Positions 13,111 to 28,490 of a stretch of DNA of 64,000 bases are shown here, in pieces. Every line of letters begins with the position of its first letter. Position 1 is the stretch's first letter. The translations under genes were made by a program, and so were the position numbers. The DNA is from Octopus vulgaris. Taxonomy: Eukaryota. The notes below the pieces were generated by a model. It was given only the letters and a program-made list of their open reading frames with translations. It had not been told where the DNA came from and searched no databases. The stretch is from contig OX597815.1 of NCBI GenBank assembly GCA_951406725.2, positions 81,096,001 to 81,160,000 on the forward strand, given 5' to 3'.

Positions 13111-16100
13111 TTTGTGTAGCAGAATATATGTATGAATGTGTGTGTGTGTGTGTATATATAAATATATATATACACACACAAACACACATATATATACCCA
13201 CACATGACACATATTTTACCAACAATTACTTTTCTAAACAAGCATGGGTCAGGCAGAATTCTGAGAGACAAATGTTCTACGGCCAGTCTCCACTCATTTC
13301 CAAGGAATGCCATGTGTATGAGGATAACACAAACACACTGGCATATACATACATATTATATATGACAGGCTTCTTTCAGTTTCTGTCAACAGACTAACAG
13401 TTTCTGTTAGTTAGCCTGGGGCTATTAGTAAAAAAACTTGCTCAAAGTGTCAAGCAGTGAGACTGAACCGAAAAGCACATGGTTGGGAAGCAAACTTCTT
13501 AAACAAACAGTCATGGCAAAATTACGAAGTTCACTTTCCAAGCACATGGCTCTGTGTTCAATCTCACTGTGTGGAATCGTACACAAATATTTTCTTGCCA
13601 CTCTGCTCCAGATTTAGTGAACGGAAACTGAAAGAAGCCTGTTACATTATAACGGACGCTAAATGATGATGATATATATATATATAGTGTATGTGTACAT
13701 GTTTGTGTTTCATCTTGATATCATATGATTGCTGTAAATTAATGTCATTCATTTCCAATGATCTGTAAAAGCATGTCTGGCCATGGGAAAACATTGCCTT
13801 GTTTGGAAACAGGCAAGGTACAGTGACAACAAGAAGGGCATAGAAAATCTGCTTCGCTAAACTTCATCCAACCTATGCAAGTATGGAAAAGAAAACGTTA
13901 AGACATACACACACACACACAAAAGTAAGTATATAGAAAAATATCATCATTGTATAAGTCCACTATCCATGCTGACATAAACGTGTAGGAGAAAGTTCTT
14001 ATTTAGAGTTTCTGTCCTCCAAGACAAGTAAGAGAACCAAATCATGCTTGTATGTTCCAATGTCAGCATTGTTTATATGGTAGGATGCTCTGCCTAACAT
14101 TAACAACTCTCCAGAGTGTACTCGGTGCATTTATCATGGCGCCATCATTAGAGAGGTTGCTATCCTCATCACTAACAGAACTAAAGACCCCTCTTATAGC
14201 ATACTGTGTCACCGTATTATTCAAAGCAGTGTGACTGAGAGGTGGAGAGAGAGAGAGAGTAATGTTAGCAGGGAATTGTTCGGGGTGGATGTTCAGAAGA
14301 GCGGGTATATGATGGGAGAAACAGAGTGAGCGGGCTGTGAGGGCAAAGCGTTGAGTGACAGTCTAGATGTATAATAGAAGGGAGATAATAATAGCCACAA
14401 CACGGTGGAGTGTGTGAGAAAGAGAGTGATGGCTGGCGACACAGAAAACGGTGATAATGGGGAATATTTGACGCAAACAGATCCAGTTCCATAATTCATA
14501 TGTACAAATAGACACACACACCTACACCAACATATAATACACATAGACTGGAGTTTTTATGTTTCCTCAACTTGTTAGAAATAGTAGCCAAATCCCCCTT
14601 ATATCTCTTCTTACAATCTTAATAAGGAATTGAGGACAAACACACTGGATATATATATAGTCCAATTTATGTTTAAAAAGCATAATTGCTGAACACTACT
14701 GGACTATACTCGAAAAAAAAAAAATAAATAAATAAAGAGCCGTGTTAGTCATGGTTAGAATGTCGGTTGATTTGAGTGAACCTAGGGTTAAACGGCAACC
14801 ACAACAGCAGCAGTTTTCAAACAAGAAAACAGCACACCCTTATAAATTAATTATCAAGCAACGAACGCACCCATTTCTATTTGTAAATACGTGTGGGATT
14901 CTATATACGAAAGATGGAAGGAAAGTACATGCGTGTGAGTGTGTGTGTACCAGTCTCTTAAATTTCTTACTCCACCACACACACAAACATGCCCGTATGT
15001 TTTGTATGAGAGAGAATCGACGTGCTAAACACGCGACAATAGTTTATGTGGGAATTTAGGAAGATAATATATATTATTTATAATAGCCATGTGTGAGTGT
15101 ATATATACACACACACACACGCACACAACATCGGAACTACTCCCTCCATACCGTTTACAAACTATGTTCCGTATATACCTTAACTTCAACCAATTGCTCC
15201 GGCTATGCTGGAGCACGTATTCCTATAATATCGATATTTGGTGAAATTATTGATTACTTCTTAATTAATTAATTTTACCCTTTGTTATTAAATATATATA
15301 TACATATATAGTTTCTAGACAAAAACTCATAAACAACACACACACACACACTGTCTAAATGTAACATATAGGGTTGAAAAGAGTGCGTAATAAGATGGGC
15401 GGGTGCTGTGTAAAAAGAGTGTGGTTAGTTAGCGAGAGACTGGCACCATTTGAGTGTAGCTATGGATACCACCTGCTGAGTGGTGTGTGTGTTGAGCGTG
15501 GTGTGTAACCAAGACACAAACATCCACGTGGTGTGTAGAGGAAACTGTAGGTACACTGTCAAAGGCACAGAACTTAATCAGGGGAGGATATCACCTATGT
15601 TGGGATGTGTCTGTCGGTAGTTATGTTACGCATCTTGGTGGAGTGGAGCCAGACACGCAGACATGTGTTGAATAGTATATAGGAGAAAAGAGGTAGAAGA
15701 TTTGTGCAGAGTAAGGTTTGTCGATATTGATGTGTAGCATAGCTGTGTATTAGTTATAAGGTCCACGTGGTGTGTAGCCATGGATATACGATTTAAAGAG
15801 GAGTGTGTGTGTGTGTGTGTGTGTAAGACAGCATGGTATATTGAAACTGGGTAAAGTAGGTATCCATGGCCACGCTATTCAGCAACTGTTGTCGCTTAGA
15901 CTCCAGATCAGATATGATCGGACACACATACTATCAAAGGCAATCCAGCTATGACCAACTTGACTTTTGATGAGACGGTGTATCTAGGATTATATTTATC
16001 CAATTTATTCTTTCTTAATTTTAGAAACAGTTAGAGCAAGTAGAATTTAGCTGCTCTTTCAAGCAGGCCGAATGACTTGGCAGAGGTTTTCTCACCGGTC

Positions 16101-16675
16101 GTGTACTTATCGGGTGCACAGTGCGCGCGCGAGTATATATATATATATATACACACATTATATATGGGAAATTTGGATAAACATAAGTTTATATCATGAT
16201 TCATATGCGCGTTTCACCCTTGCAATAGGTATTTCAAGTGCATTTGGATGGTTAACCACAATGGATTATCGGAGAAGACTTTATTGCAATTAAGTTACTA
16301 TGTCCAAGGTAGTAAAAATACTCAATGTGGGTGAGTGCGAATGTGTGTGTGTGTATGTGGTTTTGAAGACACTAAACATTATTTTACTATCAAATAGTTA
16401 TGAATACAGGTAACTGTTATGCGGTAAAGGTGTTTGAAGTGAACACTGAGTTGCCATCCATATGGCAAAGGATGAAAGACGAAAACAGGAAGGAAAGACA
16501 ATGTGACTTCTATCCACCATGATGTATTTACAGAAGGTAAATACAAAATCTGAAATGTGAACGAAGACCGATCGATCGGCAGCAGGAAACATGAAGTGGT
16601 AAACAACAGAAGACATAGACTATCATCATGAACATTTCAGATACAAAGAGTCAAATACACACAAACACAAGTGAT

Positions 16676-16708
<33 letters not shown>

Positions 16709-17812
16709 ATAGACACACACACACACATCACGCAAATATACACATCCTATAACGTTTTTGCACTTAATCATCGAATATATTAGAAGTCACAACACTCAAG
16801 CAAAAGTGATGTAGACATACGTAAGAGATAGAACGAAAATATATCTAGGCTGATTAACAGAGGTCATAAACACAAGTGAAGATAAACCGACGCACCTACA
16901 TCCGAAAAACACACCCATACATATTCATTCATTCACTCATCACTCACAAAAGACCGTAAGCATATAAGTGCTGATCTATGTATGTATGTATTTATGGCTA
17001 TCTATAAATCATTCTGCATATTTACATACACACACACGCTCGCACTTCTATGTATGTCTTCTCTACCTCAGCACTTCTTGACTGTACTTTTTTTTTTTTA
17101 TTATTTAAACTAATCTAGTTTTTTTTTTTTTTTAGATGTCTTTACACACATCCTAATGTATGTATAAATGTATAAAGGGTATAGAATTTCCTAGTAGGTG
17201 TACTTAATTCACGTAGTTTCAAAACCGGAAATTTCACACTTTATATTACTAAGTTTCTCTTTAAAGGGAGTGGACATCAGAAACGACTCGCTCACTTTGA
17301 ACACACACACACACACACACACACATACATACATACAAACAAACACACAATATTCCACTCAAAGCATCTTTCAAAGTGTGTGCACTAGCAAAACATTCTG
17401 TTGATATGACTTAACATTCAAGACAAGCACACCTCATGTTGACATAAATATAATTATAGGAAAAGCTCTTTAATGACGTTCTGATCGTATCTGAAACCTT
17501 AGATATATCCGTTTTCGGTTTTTCATTTTCATTTTTTTTTTGTTTTTTTTTCGTTATAAATTCATAAGGATGATTTTATATTTTTCATTTTCTTTTTTGT
17601 GAAGATTAGTTCGAAATGGCGGGGTATTTGATTGTTTTAATTTTAGAAGCGTTGGGTCATGGAGTAACGGCAATGAGCCGAGGGGCGAATCGGTACAGTG
17701 AGGAACGTGAACGGTTGTGACTGTAGAAATACTGGAGCAATGTCGCCAGAGATCAGGGCGGAGCGGAGCGGAGTGGGAGGGATATGGTCATTACGGATTT
17801 ACGGGTACTTAC

Positions 17813-17961
17813 CATTTAACAAATAAATCTCCAAAAAGGCAGGCGAAAACATCGTTGGTAGCATCCATTCTACCCCGGGGATAGGTGGCACCGGCGGCGG
17901 CTGCAGTAGCCGGTCCGTTGGTGGCGGAGAGAGGCCCTGTTCCAGCATACTCCGAGAACAT
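17813..17961 (-). CDS. Putative first coding exon of an unidentified gene
   Basis: GC-rich island ending at consensus donor TG|GTAAGT (GT 17812-17811). Two frames are open to the donor: ATG 17961 MFSEYAGTGPLSATNGPATAAAAGATYPRGRMDATNDVFACLFGDLFVK-W (phase 2) and ATG 18035 MLVLP..PPPVPPIPGVEWMLPTMFSPAFLEIYLLN-G (phase 1). The true frame is unresolved. Confidence 0.5.
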
Positions 17962-19053
17962 CTAGCTTCGCAGCCACTACTACCACTACGACCACAGCTA
18001 CTACACCTCCGACTGTCGAGTGGTAACACCAGCATAGAGTTGGAGGGTGTATATAGTGTAGTGGTTGGTGGTGTGTGGTGGTGGTGGTGTGGTTGGAGTG
18101 TGTTAGAGCGGTGCTGTGCGGTTTTGGCGTGAGGTGGTGTGTGACTGTTGTTTATATATATTGGTGGCTGTTGATGTCCTGTGTGAGTGTGTTTGTTAAA
18201 GTGTTTATTTATTTACACTGTGATGCGAGAGACAAGAAGTAAGAAGAGGTAGATGTATAGACAGATTGACAACACGAAATGTGTGTGTGTGTGTATGAAT
18301 TTATATACAAGTTATAGAGATAGAAGAGAAAAATGTGAAGTGCAGGTATAAAAATAAATTACAAATATATATGTGTGTGTGTGATAGAGAAAGAGAAAAC
18401 ACACGAACCAGTTGTGCGTGTGTTTGTATGGATGGATGGATGTAATTTGTGTGTGTATATATATATATATATAATATAGTAACTGTGTGTGTGTGCGTGT
18501 ATGTATTTGAGTGTGCGCGCTTGTGCGTATAGCGTTACCAAGATATTTTTTCCGTAAGGGTTTCCGCACGTATGTGTTTACACGCTATATGCCATAATAC
18601 GTTATATATATACTCATGTATGTATATATTAAAATACAGAGAATTTTCCTCCGTTTTTTTTTTTGCAACAACAAAACAAAACTTTCCTTAAATATAAATA
18701 GATCACAACATATATGGGTATATATAGATATTAAAAAATATATCTCATATATATGTGTGTGTGTGTGTGCGTGTGTGTGTATTACATATAATAATAATAT
18801 GTGTATATAAATATATCCGTCATTTGCTTTTGTATATTTCTTTTTTCTTTCTGGTTGATGTTAACGTTTCCTTCCTTCCTTCTCGTTTGGTAAACAACGG
18901 CACCCAGAAATTAAAGAGAGAGACAGAGCAGCTAGAGCCAGCAAGATTTTGTTGTTTGTAAAACAGCAGCAGTAGCAACAAGACGAACACTTTTTTCAGT
19001 CAGGCCCAACAAAAAAAATAACAAAAAAAAACCACGAAGAAAATATCTATGTG

Positions 19054-19084
<31 letters not shown>

Positions 19085-19214
19085 CCAACGTTTTGAGAGT
19101 GAGAGAGAGATAGATAGAGAGGTTGTAGTGTGCTTAATAATATGTAGTGTACATATTCATAACATAGATATATATGTGTGTGTGCGTGTGTATGTATAGA
19201 TATATATATATACG

Positions 19215-19800
19215 TATATATCAGTGGCAGCCCCCAGCGATTGACAGAGACTGCTCTGCCTTTCCTAGCTGCCCTCTTAACTATAGCGGAGCTGTGATAG
19301 AGGAAAGAAACACGATCGGAGTTGTCGTCCTCGCCACCGCCACCACAATCATCATCAGCAGCACCGACGTTGTCATTATTATCATTATTATCATCATCGT
19401 CGACGTGCGAGGTGGAGGAGGAGGGGAAGTACGGAAAAAGGAAAAGAGAGGGAGAGAAAAAAAAGATAGAAAGGATGGGAGGAGGCGGTAGTCAAAATGC
19501 TTTGCTTTCTTTCTTTCTTTTCCCCCCTTCACCTCATCTCTCCTTTCGTTCTTTCTTTTTTTCTTTCCTTTGTAACAAACTGTGTCACTGGGGTTATTGA
19601 GTGCAACCGCTTTGCCTCGGCAGCCAATCAACGCTTCGCTTACAACGCACCTTTCGGTCCAGACATTTTGCCGGCCCAATCGACCAGCCAACCGGCTTAG
19701 CTGAAGTTAGCTTAATGCACAGAAAAACCCACAGCCAGCTACCCATCCAACGAAACCACCCCAACTACCCGGCTAACCTTGCTTAGCTCAGCTAACTGGT
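19215..19800 (-). promoter_or_regulatory. Putative promoter region of the minus-strand gene
   Basis: CpG-rich unique sequence 1.2-1.8 kb upstream of the exon; two NF-Y-type CCAAT boxes in good context (AGCCAATCA, CCAAT 19624-19628; GCCCAATCG, CCAAT 19676-19680); CTCF-like GCAGCCCCCAGCGA near 19227-19240. Confidence 0.45.
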
Positions 19801-19965
19801 CACTTTAATATTATTAGTATCATCATCATCATCGTCGTCGTCATATCTTCTACCTTTACTTAAACCACACCTCTCGGGGATCAAGCATACAGAGAAAGAG
19901 AAGGTGAGTGAGAGAGACACGAGTGGTAAAGTGGGGGTTAGGGTAAAGTAGACAAACAAACAGAC

Positions 19966-20051
<86 letters not shown>
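19966..20051. repeat. (GATA)n microsatellite
   Basis: Perfect AGAT tetranucleotide run. Confidence 0.97.
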
Positions 20052-20052
<1 letters not shown>

Positions 20053-20656
20053 CAAGAAGGCAAACAGAAGATAAGCAGTGGTGACGAGACGAACACAGCA
20101 GAAAGTATAACAAACACACACACACACACACACGCACAGCACCCAGCTAAGATCCGACGTATGAACTCGACGTACGTACACACACACACTTTACATGGTG
20201 TGAGAGAGCGAGATAGTGAATGAGAGGGAGAGAAAGAAAATAAGCGTGTGTGTGTGTGTGTGTGCAGTGAGGATATAAAAGAAGTATATATCCGGTAAGA
20301 ATATTTATTTATTTTTGCACAGATATTTGTTAGTGCATAATATACAAAAACAGATTTGTACATAAGCATACTACATCTTATTCACACACATACATACACA
20401 CACGATTACATGCTCTTTTCTGGAACAAATAAGTATAAACAGACACAGATACACACATACACATCTGAATACTGCACAAACGCACAATTACACACACACA
20501 CAAGAGCACGCATGAACTGGATCTCCGTCAGTTTCGATGTTGTATTATATTGCAGTTGTTCGACTAACTGAACTGGTTACCCTTTGAACTGGGTAATCCA
20601 CTGATAAGGGTACCTTTGACATAATTGTTGGGTACAGCAAGTGTTACACATTGCGC

Positions 20657-20688
<32 letters not shown>

Positions 20689-21448
20689 CAAAGCGGTCTA
20701 ATTGAATTACGAATACAATCTCGATCCGATGGGCTTTTCACAAACTTTCCTTTCAAAGTATAACACGCAGCAGCGAGATCGAGTAAAAGACCTCGCGATT
20801 TCGAAGTGAAATTCTAACCGCACTGGGCCATGTCTGCGCCCATACATGTATAACCACACACACACACACACACAGATACACAGATTTGGATCAATGAAAT
20901 AACGGGAAGGTGTAATCCATCACACAATCTGATCGATGAAACAGCTAATTTATATCGATCCGTTCACACACGCGCACTCACACTAAGTATATGCATTTCA
21001 TTATCACACACACACACACACATCTCGCGCTATCCAGCATTCTCTCACACACTACACACACACAAATATACTTAACACTACATACACACACCACAGTACA
21101 GTACAATTCAAGCACACTGAATAACCTCCATATAAATATATACACACGTTTCATCCTGCACGCATCCATACTCTCTCACAAAATTGCACATCACACACAA
21201 AACAGCTATGCGTTCCCTTTTCTCCATTGTACACACACACACGCAGATTTTTAAACTACAACCTGTCTCTTCTTCAGTCCATTGTAAAGACAATAATTTG
21301 AAATACCCCCCTCCCCCCGCCTCATACACACGAACTCTTCGTAACCTGTTGATCACATTCCCCGTGTGTGTGTGTGTGTGCATGCGTGCACCTATGCCAC
21401 ACAACACACCAACAGCAATAACATGAAAATGCATGCACACACACACAC

Positions 21449-22898
<1,450 letters not shown>

Positions 22899-22998
22899 TG
22901 TACATCACACCTAACACTCTATACACACACACACACACACACATTATATATATATATATATATATATACATACATATATATAAATACTGTTTCACATA

Positions 22999-23157
22999 TT
23001 TTTACATGTTTTAGTCATTTGACTGCGGCCATGCTGAAGCACCGCCTTTAGTCGAAGAAATCAACCCCCTAGGACTTATTCTTTGTAAGCCTAGTACTTA
23101 TTAGATCGGCTGTCAAGCGATGGTGTGGGGAGGACAAACACATACAAAGAGAGAGAG

Positions 23158-23201
<44 letters not shown>

Positions 23202-23360
23202 GACCGGCTTCTTTCAGTTTCCCTGTACCAAATCTACTCACAAGTCTTTGGTCGGCCCAATGCTATAATAGAAGACGCTTGCCCAAGGTGCCACGTAGTG
23301 GGACTGAACCCGGAAATTGGTTGGGAAGCAAGCTTCTAACCACGTAGACACGCCTGCGCC
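22999..23360 (-). mobile_element. tRNA-derived SINE family A (CORE-like; resembles octopus OR-type SINEs)
   Basis: Reverse complement of the GGCGCAGG..GTGGT..GGTTCAGTCCC..CCTTGGGCAAG family seen more than 10 times in the window. Confidence 0.85.
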
Positions 23361-23892
23361 CATACATATAATATACACACATATCAATCTATCTATAATA
23401 TACGCATGTATCTATCTATATCTATCTTATACACTTATATACACATACATACACACACGTGTGTATTCAAATATACATATACACACACACACACGTGTAC
23501 CCGTATATATATATATATATATCCATACAATATGTATGTTACGTGGAGGTGTTGCAAGACGACACCTCTGCTGTGTTTAGTTTATTGTCGCTAGCACGCA
23601 AAAAAAAATACATTGTGTGTGGCGAATTAATCACTGAATGCTGTCGTTTTCAATCAGAAGTAGTTGCTAAACCCACTTCAAACCACACCCTACAGTGTCA
23701 TGAGGTAAAGAAAGTATACTTTAAATAATGTAGTCCAGGGTACACGATGACTAATGCATAAATATGTATCAGTGACGGTCGGAAGACATCGGGTTTGCTC
23801 GATCACGGCAATAAATCTTCATTTAATTCCATTTTAAATTTGCGAGTGGCCCTTAATATAAGAGATGTCAGAACACAGAATGTCCAGAATAA

Positions 23893-24077
23893 CCCTTAAC
23901 CTTTTGCCTGTCATGCATGTATTTTTGTTTTCAACCTAGGGTGATTTGGGGCCTATGAAAGAAAAGCTTTATATTACTCAGAACGTATGAAACACGGACT
24001 AACTAAATAAAAGTCTGAAAACAACCATGGACGGTTTAGGACGAACTTATGAAAATACTTTAAGCATAGACAAAGGG
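23893..24077 (+). mobile_element. piggyBac-like MITE, degenerate
   Basis: ATAA|CCCT...AGGG|TTGA ends; homologous to 1431-1660. Confidence 0.55.
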
Positions 24078-24130
24078 TTGAAATACTCGGTTTCCATTGT
24101 CAACAAAACACAGTTACAACAACAATAATA

Positions 24131-24328
24131 ATCCTTTCTACAGAAGGAACAAAGCCTGGAATTTGGGGGTAGAGGACTAGTCGATTACATCGACCCCAGT
24201 GTTCCACTGGTACTTAATTTATCGACTCCGAAAGGATGACAAAGTCGACCTCGGCGGAATTTAAACTCAGAACGAAATACCGCTAAACATTTAGTCCAGT
24301 GTGCTAATGATTCTGCTAGTTCACCACC

Positions 24329-24360
<32 letters not shown>

Positions 24361-24812
24361 TTTTTATATAGGCACAAAGCCAGAAATTAAGGTGAACGGT
24401 GGTGGGCTAGTCGATTACATCGACCCCAGTGCTCAAATGATATTTATTTTATCGAACCCGGAAGAATGAAAAGTAAAGTCGACCTCAGTGACATTTGAAC
24501 TCAGAACGTGAAGGATAACGAAGTACTTAACCGGCATTTAGTCAGACGAGCTCGCGATTCTGTCTAATCTCAAATTTAAATAATAATAATAATAATCCCT
24601 TCTACTATAGACACAAGGTCTGAAATTGTGGAGGAAGGGACTAGTCGATTACATTGACCTCAATATTTTGCTGGTACTTAATTTATCAACTTCGAAAGGA
24701 TGAAAGGCAAAGTCGACCTCGGCGAAATTTGAACTCAAAACACATAGCGACAGACGAAATACCGCTAAGCATTTCATCCAGCGTGCTAACGATTCTACCA
24801 GCTCGCCGCCTT
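24131..24812 (-). mobile_element. Three head-to-tail copies of SINE family B (tRNA head plus Nin/Deu-like GCCTTTCATCCTTTCGGGGTCGATAAA..AAGTACCAG domain)
   Basis: Copies at about 24131-24330, 24360-24570 and 24594-24812, separated by (AAT)n tails. Confidence 0.85.
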
Positions 24813-26082
24813 AATAATAATAATAAATAGCAACAACATTTGCCTTTATTTGTTACAGGGACATCAGTTGAGGATGACATTACAACTGATTTGGCGGGGC
24901 GGAAAATATGGTGGGGGAACAGGTCATGATAATTGTTTCTGCTTTGGGCACAAGGCCAGCAATTAGATCGATACTATTAACCCCATTATATGACAGGTAC
25001 TTAATCTTAGCCTATGAAAATCGACCTTAGATTTGAATCAGACATGTTTTTCGACACTAACCCCTTTAGTGGGTGGTAATCTTTTCTGAAGAATTTCTGA
25101 AGTAGTGAACCGGGTGCCGGACACACACTGCCGCGCGTGACAATGAGTGCTTGGAAGATGCTTTCTCAGTTGCACCTCTTCAGCCACGTTCCACTGATTG
25201 CTTTGGCGGTATTCAATTTGCTTACAATATTTTTATCACTAGTGCACATCCACAAAAAAAAAAATAAATAAATAAAAAAAGGTGTCGGTTCACAAATTCT
25301 CCTTGATTAGAAAACTTCATCAACCCCTATAATAATAATAATAATGATAATAAAAACACGCTTCGGTTTCCCTACAAGCGCTCTCAAATTCTCGCTGATT
25401 AAAATCCTCATTAACCTCACAATTACAATGTGATGCAGGATATATTGGCAAGGAGTGAAAGACAGGATCATAGTTCTTGCATGGTCAGAGACGACCTGGA
25501 GTGAAACAACCACAACTTCTTACACTTCGAACTAAACAAAGAACCTCTAAGTATCTGCAAGAAATAATAACCAAATTTTTCTCACAGTACATCACAATAC
25601 ATCAACAAAAGAAGGTCACTTAGACAATGAAATGGGTACATTTTGACTTTAACAAAAAAAAAAAAGGAGTTGGTCAGAAGAACTGGACCAACTCTTTTAT
25701 TACATCGACCCTCACTCGAGCCTATTTTTCGGTACGCGCCTACTCACACCCTTTTTGTATTTATTTAACTTTATTTATTTTTTTTTCTGTTATTCTTTTC
25801 TTCTCTAAGGATTTAAGGTGGAAAGAAACTTCTGCAGGTAGAAAGAATTAAGCAGATCCTATTTAGTTACTGGTCACAGTCAAACAACCCGGCAAATAAG
25901 CTACAATGTGGGATTTAGACTGTTCAATAGTTTTGCGAGTTCTGATCTCAGAGAGTTCGTGTAGCTGTTTGCTATGGTCAATCCCTGATCGAGAGGACTC
26001 AGTAATCAAAGGTGTTCTAGCAGTGATCATTCAGTAAATTTTGCTATATCTACAAATTTGGAGTGTTTTTCCCCCCCACATA

Positions 26083-26244
26083 GGCGCAGGAGTGGCTGTG
26101 TGGTAAGTAGCTTGCTTACCAACCACATGGTTCCGGGTTCAGTCCCACTGCGAGGCATCTTGGGCAAGTGTCTTCTGCTATAGCCCCGGGCCGACCAATG
26201 CCTTGTGAGTGGATTTGGTAGACGGAAACTGAAAGAAGCCTGTC

Positions 26245-26288
<44 letters not shown>

Positions 26289-26480
26289 TTGTGTGTCTGC
26301 GTTTGTCCCCCTAGCATTGCTTGACAACCGATGCTGGTGTGTTTACGTCCCCGTCACTTAGCGGTTCGGCAAAAGAGACCGATAGAATAAGTATTGGGCT
26401 GACAAAGAATAAGTCCCGGGGTCGATTTGCTCGACTAAAGACGGTGCTCCAGCACTGAAACAAGTAAAAGAGTAAGAGAG
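26083..26480 (+). mobile_element. SINE family A, near full length
   Basis: A-box TGGCTGTGTGG, B-box-like GGTTCAGTCCC, CORE-like TCTTGGGCAAGTGTCTT, internal (TA)n(TG)n, GAGTAA tail. Confidence 0.9.
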
Positions 26481-26830
26481 TATATAACAAAGACTATATC
26501 CAATGAGAGTCTTCGGGTGCTATACAATGAAAAAGTATAATACTTTAGGAATGTATGCGTGTTAGTGTGAGTATATGGTTTGTCGTGTGCTTTGGAACAA
26601 CTGAGTTCGTGCTGGGGTGTAATGTGTATGTCATTGTGTGTGGCGAGAGAAAGAGAGGAAAGCAGAAGAAAGAGATGATGAGTGTGCAACAATTAATCAT
26701 GAAGAAGCTAGTTTTTATTGCTGACACTACAATAGCCACTCCCTTCAAAGAACAGGTAAAGAAACGGAGAGAACATACACATACACACACACACATCTAT
26801 GTATGTGTGTATGTATATATATATATATCT

Positions 26831-27181
26831 TTACTCTCTCTTTTACTTGTTTCAGTCATTTGACTGCGGCCATGCTGGAGCACCGCCTTTAATCGAGCAA
26901 CTCGACCCCGGGACTTATTCTTTTGTAAGCCCAGTACTTATTCTATCGGTCTCTTTTGCCGAACCGCTAAGTAACGGGGACATAAACACACCAGCATCGG
27001 TTGTCAAGCAATGTTAGGGGGACAAACAGACACAAATATATATATATATATATACATATATACGACGGGCTTCTTTCAGTTTCCGTCTACCAAATCCACT
27101 CACAAGGTGCCACGCAGTGGGACTGAACCCGGAACCATGTGGTTGGTAAACAAGCTACTTATCACACAGCCACTCCTGCGC

Positions 27182-27182
<1 letters not shown>
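26831..27182 (-). mobile_element. SINE family A with internal deletion
   Basis: Reverse complement of 26083-26480 lacking the segment between CACAAGG and TGCCACGC. Confidence 0.9.
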
Positions 27183-27220
<38 letters not shown>

Positions 27221-27559
27221 CATGTAAGTATACACACACACGTAAAGCGGTAAATTATAAGCAGACTTGTTAGAGCCTTACAGTATGAACTGTAGCTTCC
27301 TTTACGCCGAGTTCAAATTTCACTGAGGTTAAGTCTATTCTTCGCGCACATGCATGTGTGTGTCAAGAAAGGAAGAAGGAAAAGAAGCTAGGTCGCGGTC
27401 GATTAAGCCTATACCTTTCGAGATCGATAATGTACCAGTCAGTTTACTGGTATCGATGACTTTATCATACTCTCTTCTACCAAATTTCAGGCCTCCTGCC
27501 TCTGCTAGAAACAAACTTTTGTATTACTTACGACGAAACACTATCATCATTATCAATTA

Positions 27560-27945
27560 GACGGCGAGCTGGCAGAATCATTAGCACGCCAGGTGAAATG
27601 CTTGGCGGTATTTCGTCTGCCGTTACGTTCTGAGTTCAAATTCCGCCAAGGTCGACTTTGCCTTTCATCCTTTCGGGGTCGATTAAACAAGTACCAGTTA
27701 CGCACTGGGGTCAATATAATTGACTTAATCCGTTTGTCCTCTCTGTGTTTAGCCCCTTGTGGGTAGTAAAGAAATAGGTATTTCGTCTGTCGCTATGTTG
27801 TGAGTTCAAATTCCGCCGAGGTCAACTTTGCCTTTCATCCTTTCGGGGTCAATAAATTAAGTACCAGTGAAACACTGGATCAATGTTATCGACTATCCCC
27901 CTTCCCCACAATTTCAGGCTTTGTGCATATAGTAGAAAGGACTAT
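27560..27945 (+). mobile_element. SINE family B dimer
   Basis: Full copy 27560-27778 fused through GGTATTTCGTCTG to a 5'-truncated second copy. Confidence 0.85.
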
Positions 27946-28134
27946 TTTTGTCTTATGTATAATTTATATATTAGCCCTTGTGGTCAATAAAAGAATTGTT
28001 ATTATTATTATTCATATAGTAATTAAACAAATGTAATTTTTATAGGAAAAGGAAACTATATAATATTCCATTTTGCTTTGTTCTTTTGTAATTTTTATTT
28101 TAAACGGGATCCGCTTTTGAAGATAAGCATATGA

Positions 28135-28375
28135 AAGTGCGTGGCCCAGTGGATAAAGTATTGCACCCACGATCGCAACATTGGGATTTCGATTCCTGAA
28201 TCAGGCAGTACGTTTGGGTTCCCGAGCAAAATCATTCCATTTTCCATGTTGTTCCAGTTCATACAGCTGTACTGTAAACTAGTATCTCTTTGACAGACTG
28301 GCGTCCGTTTAGGGGACAGTCACATGGAGACCGGATAACCGGCCCTTTGGGAGTTCTAAGCGGACTCGAGACAGC
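28135..28375 (+). mobile_element. Old tRNA-derived SINE with V-like central domain
   Basis: GTGGCCCAGTGG A-box and TTCGATTCC B-box; body similar to 30420-30595. Confidence 0.5.
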
Positions 28376-28490
28376 GATGTCCAGGGGTTACCATATCATA
28401 ACCACATATGGGCGGATGGCAAGATGTAACACCGATGCGACAACCATATTCTCCAATCAGTATGCCACTTGGATAACTTATTGTCGAGGA

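Noticed and set aside
25140-25200. Possible miRNA, SECIS or hammerhead hairpin
   Set aside because: Pairing is weak, no known miRNA seed matches, and GAAA does not directly follow a stem II.
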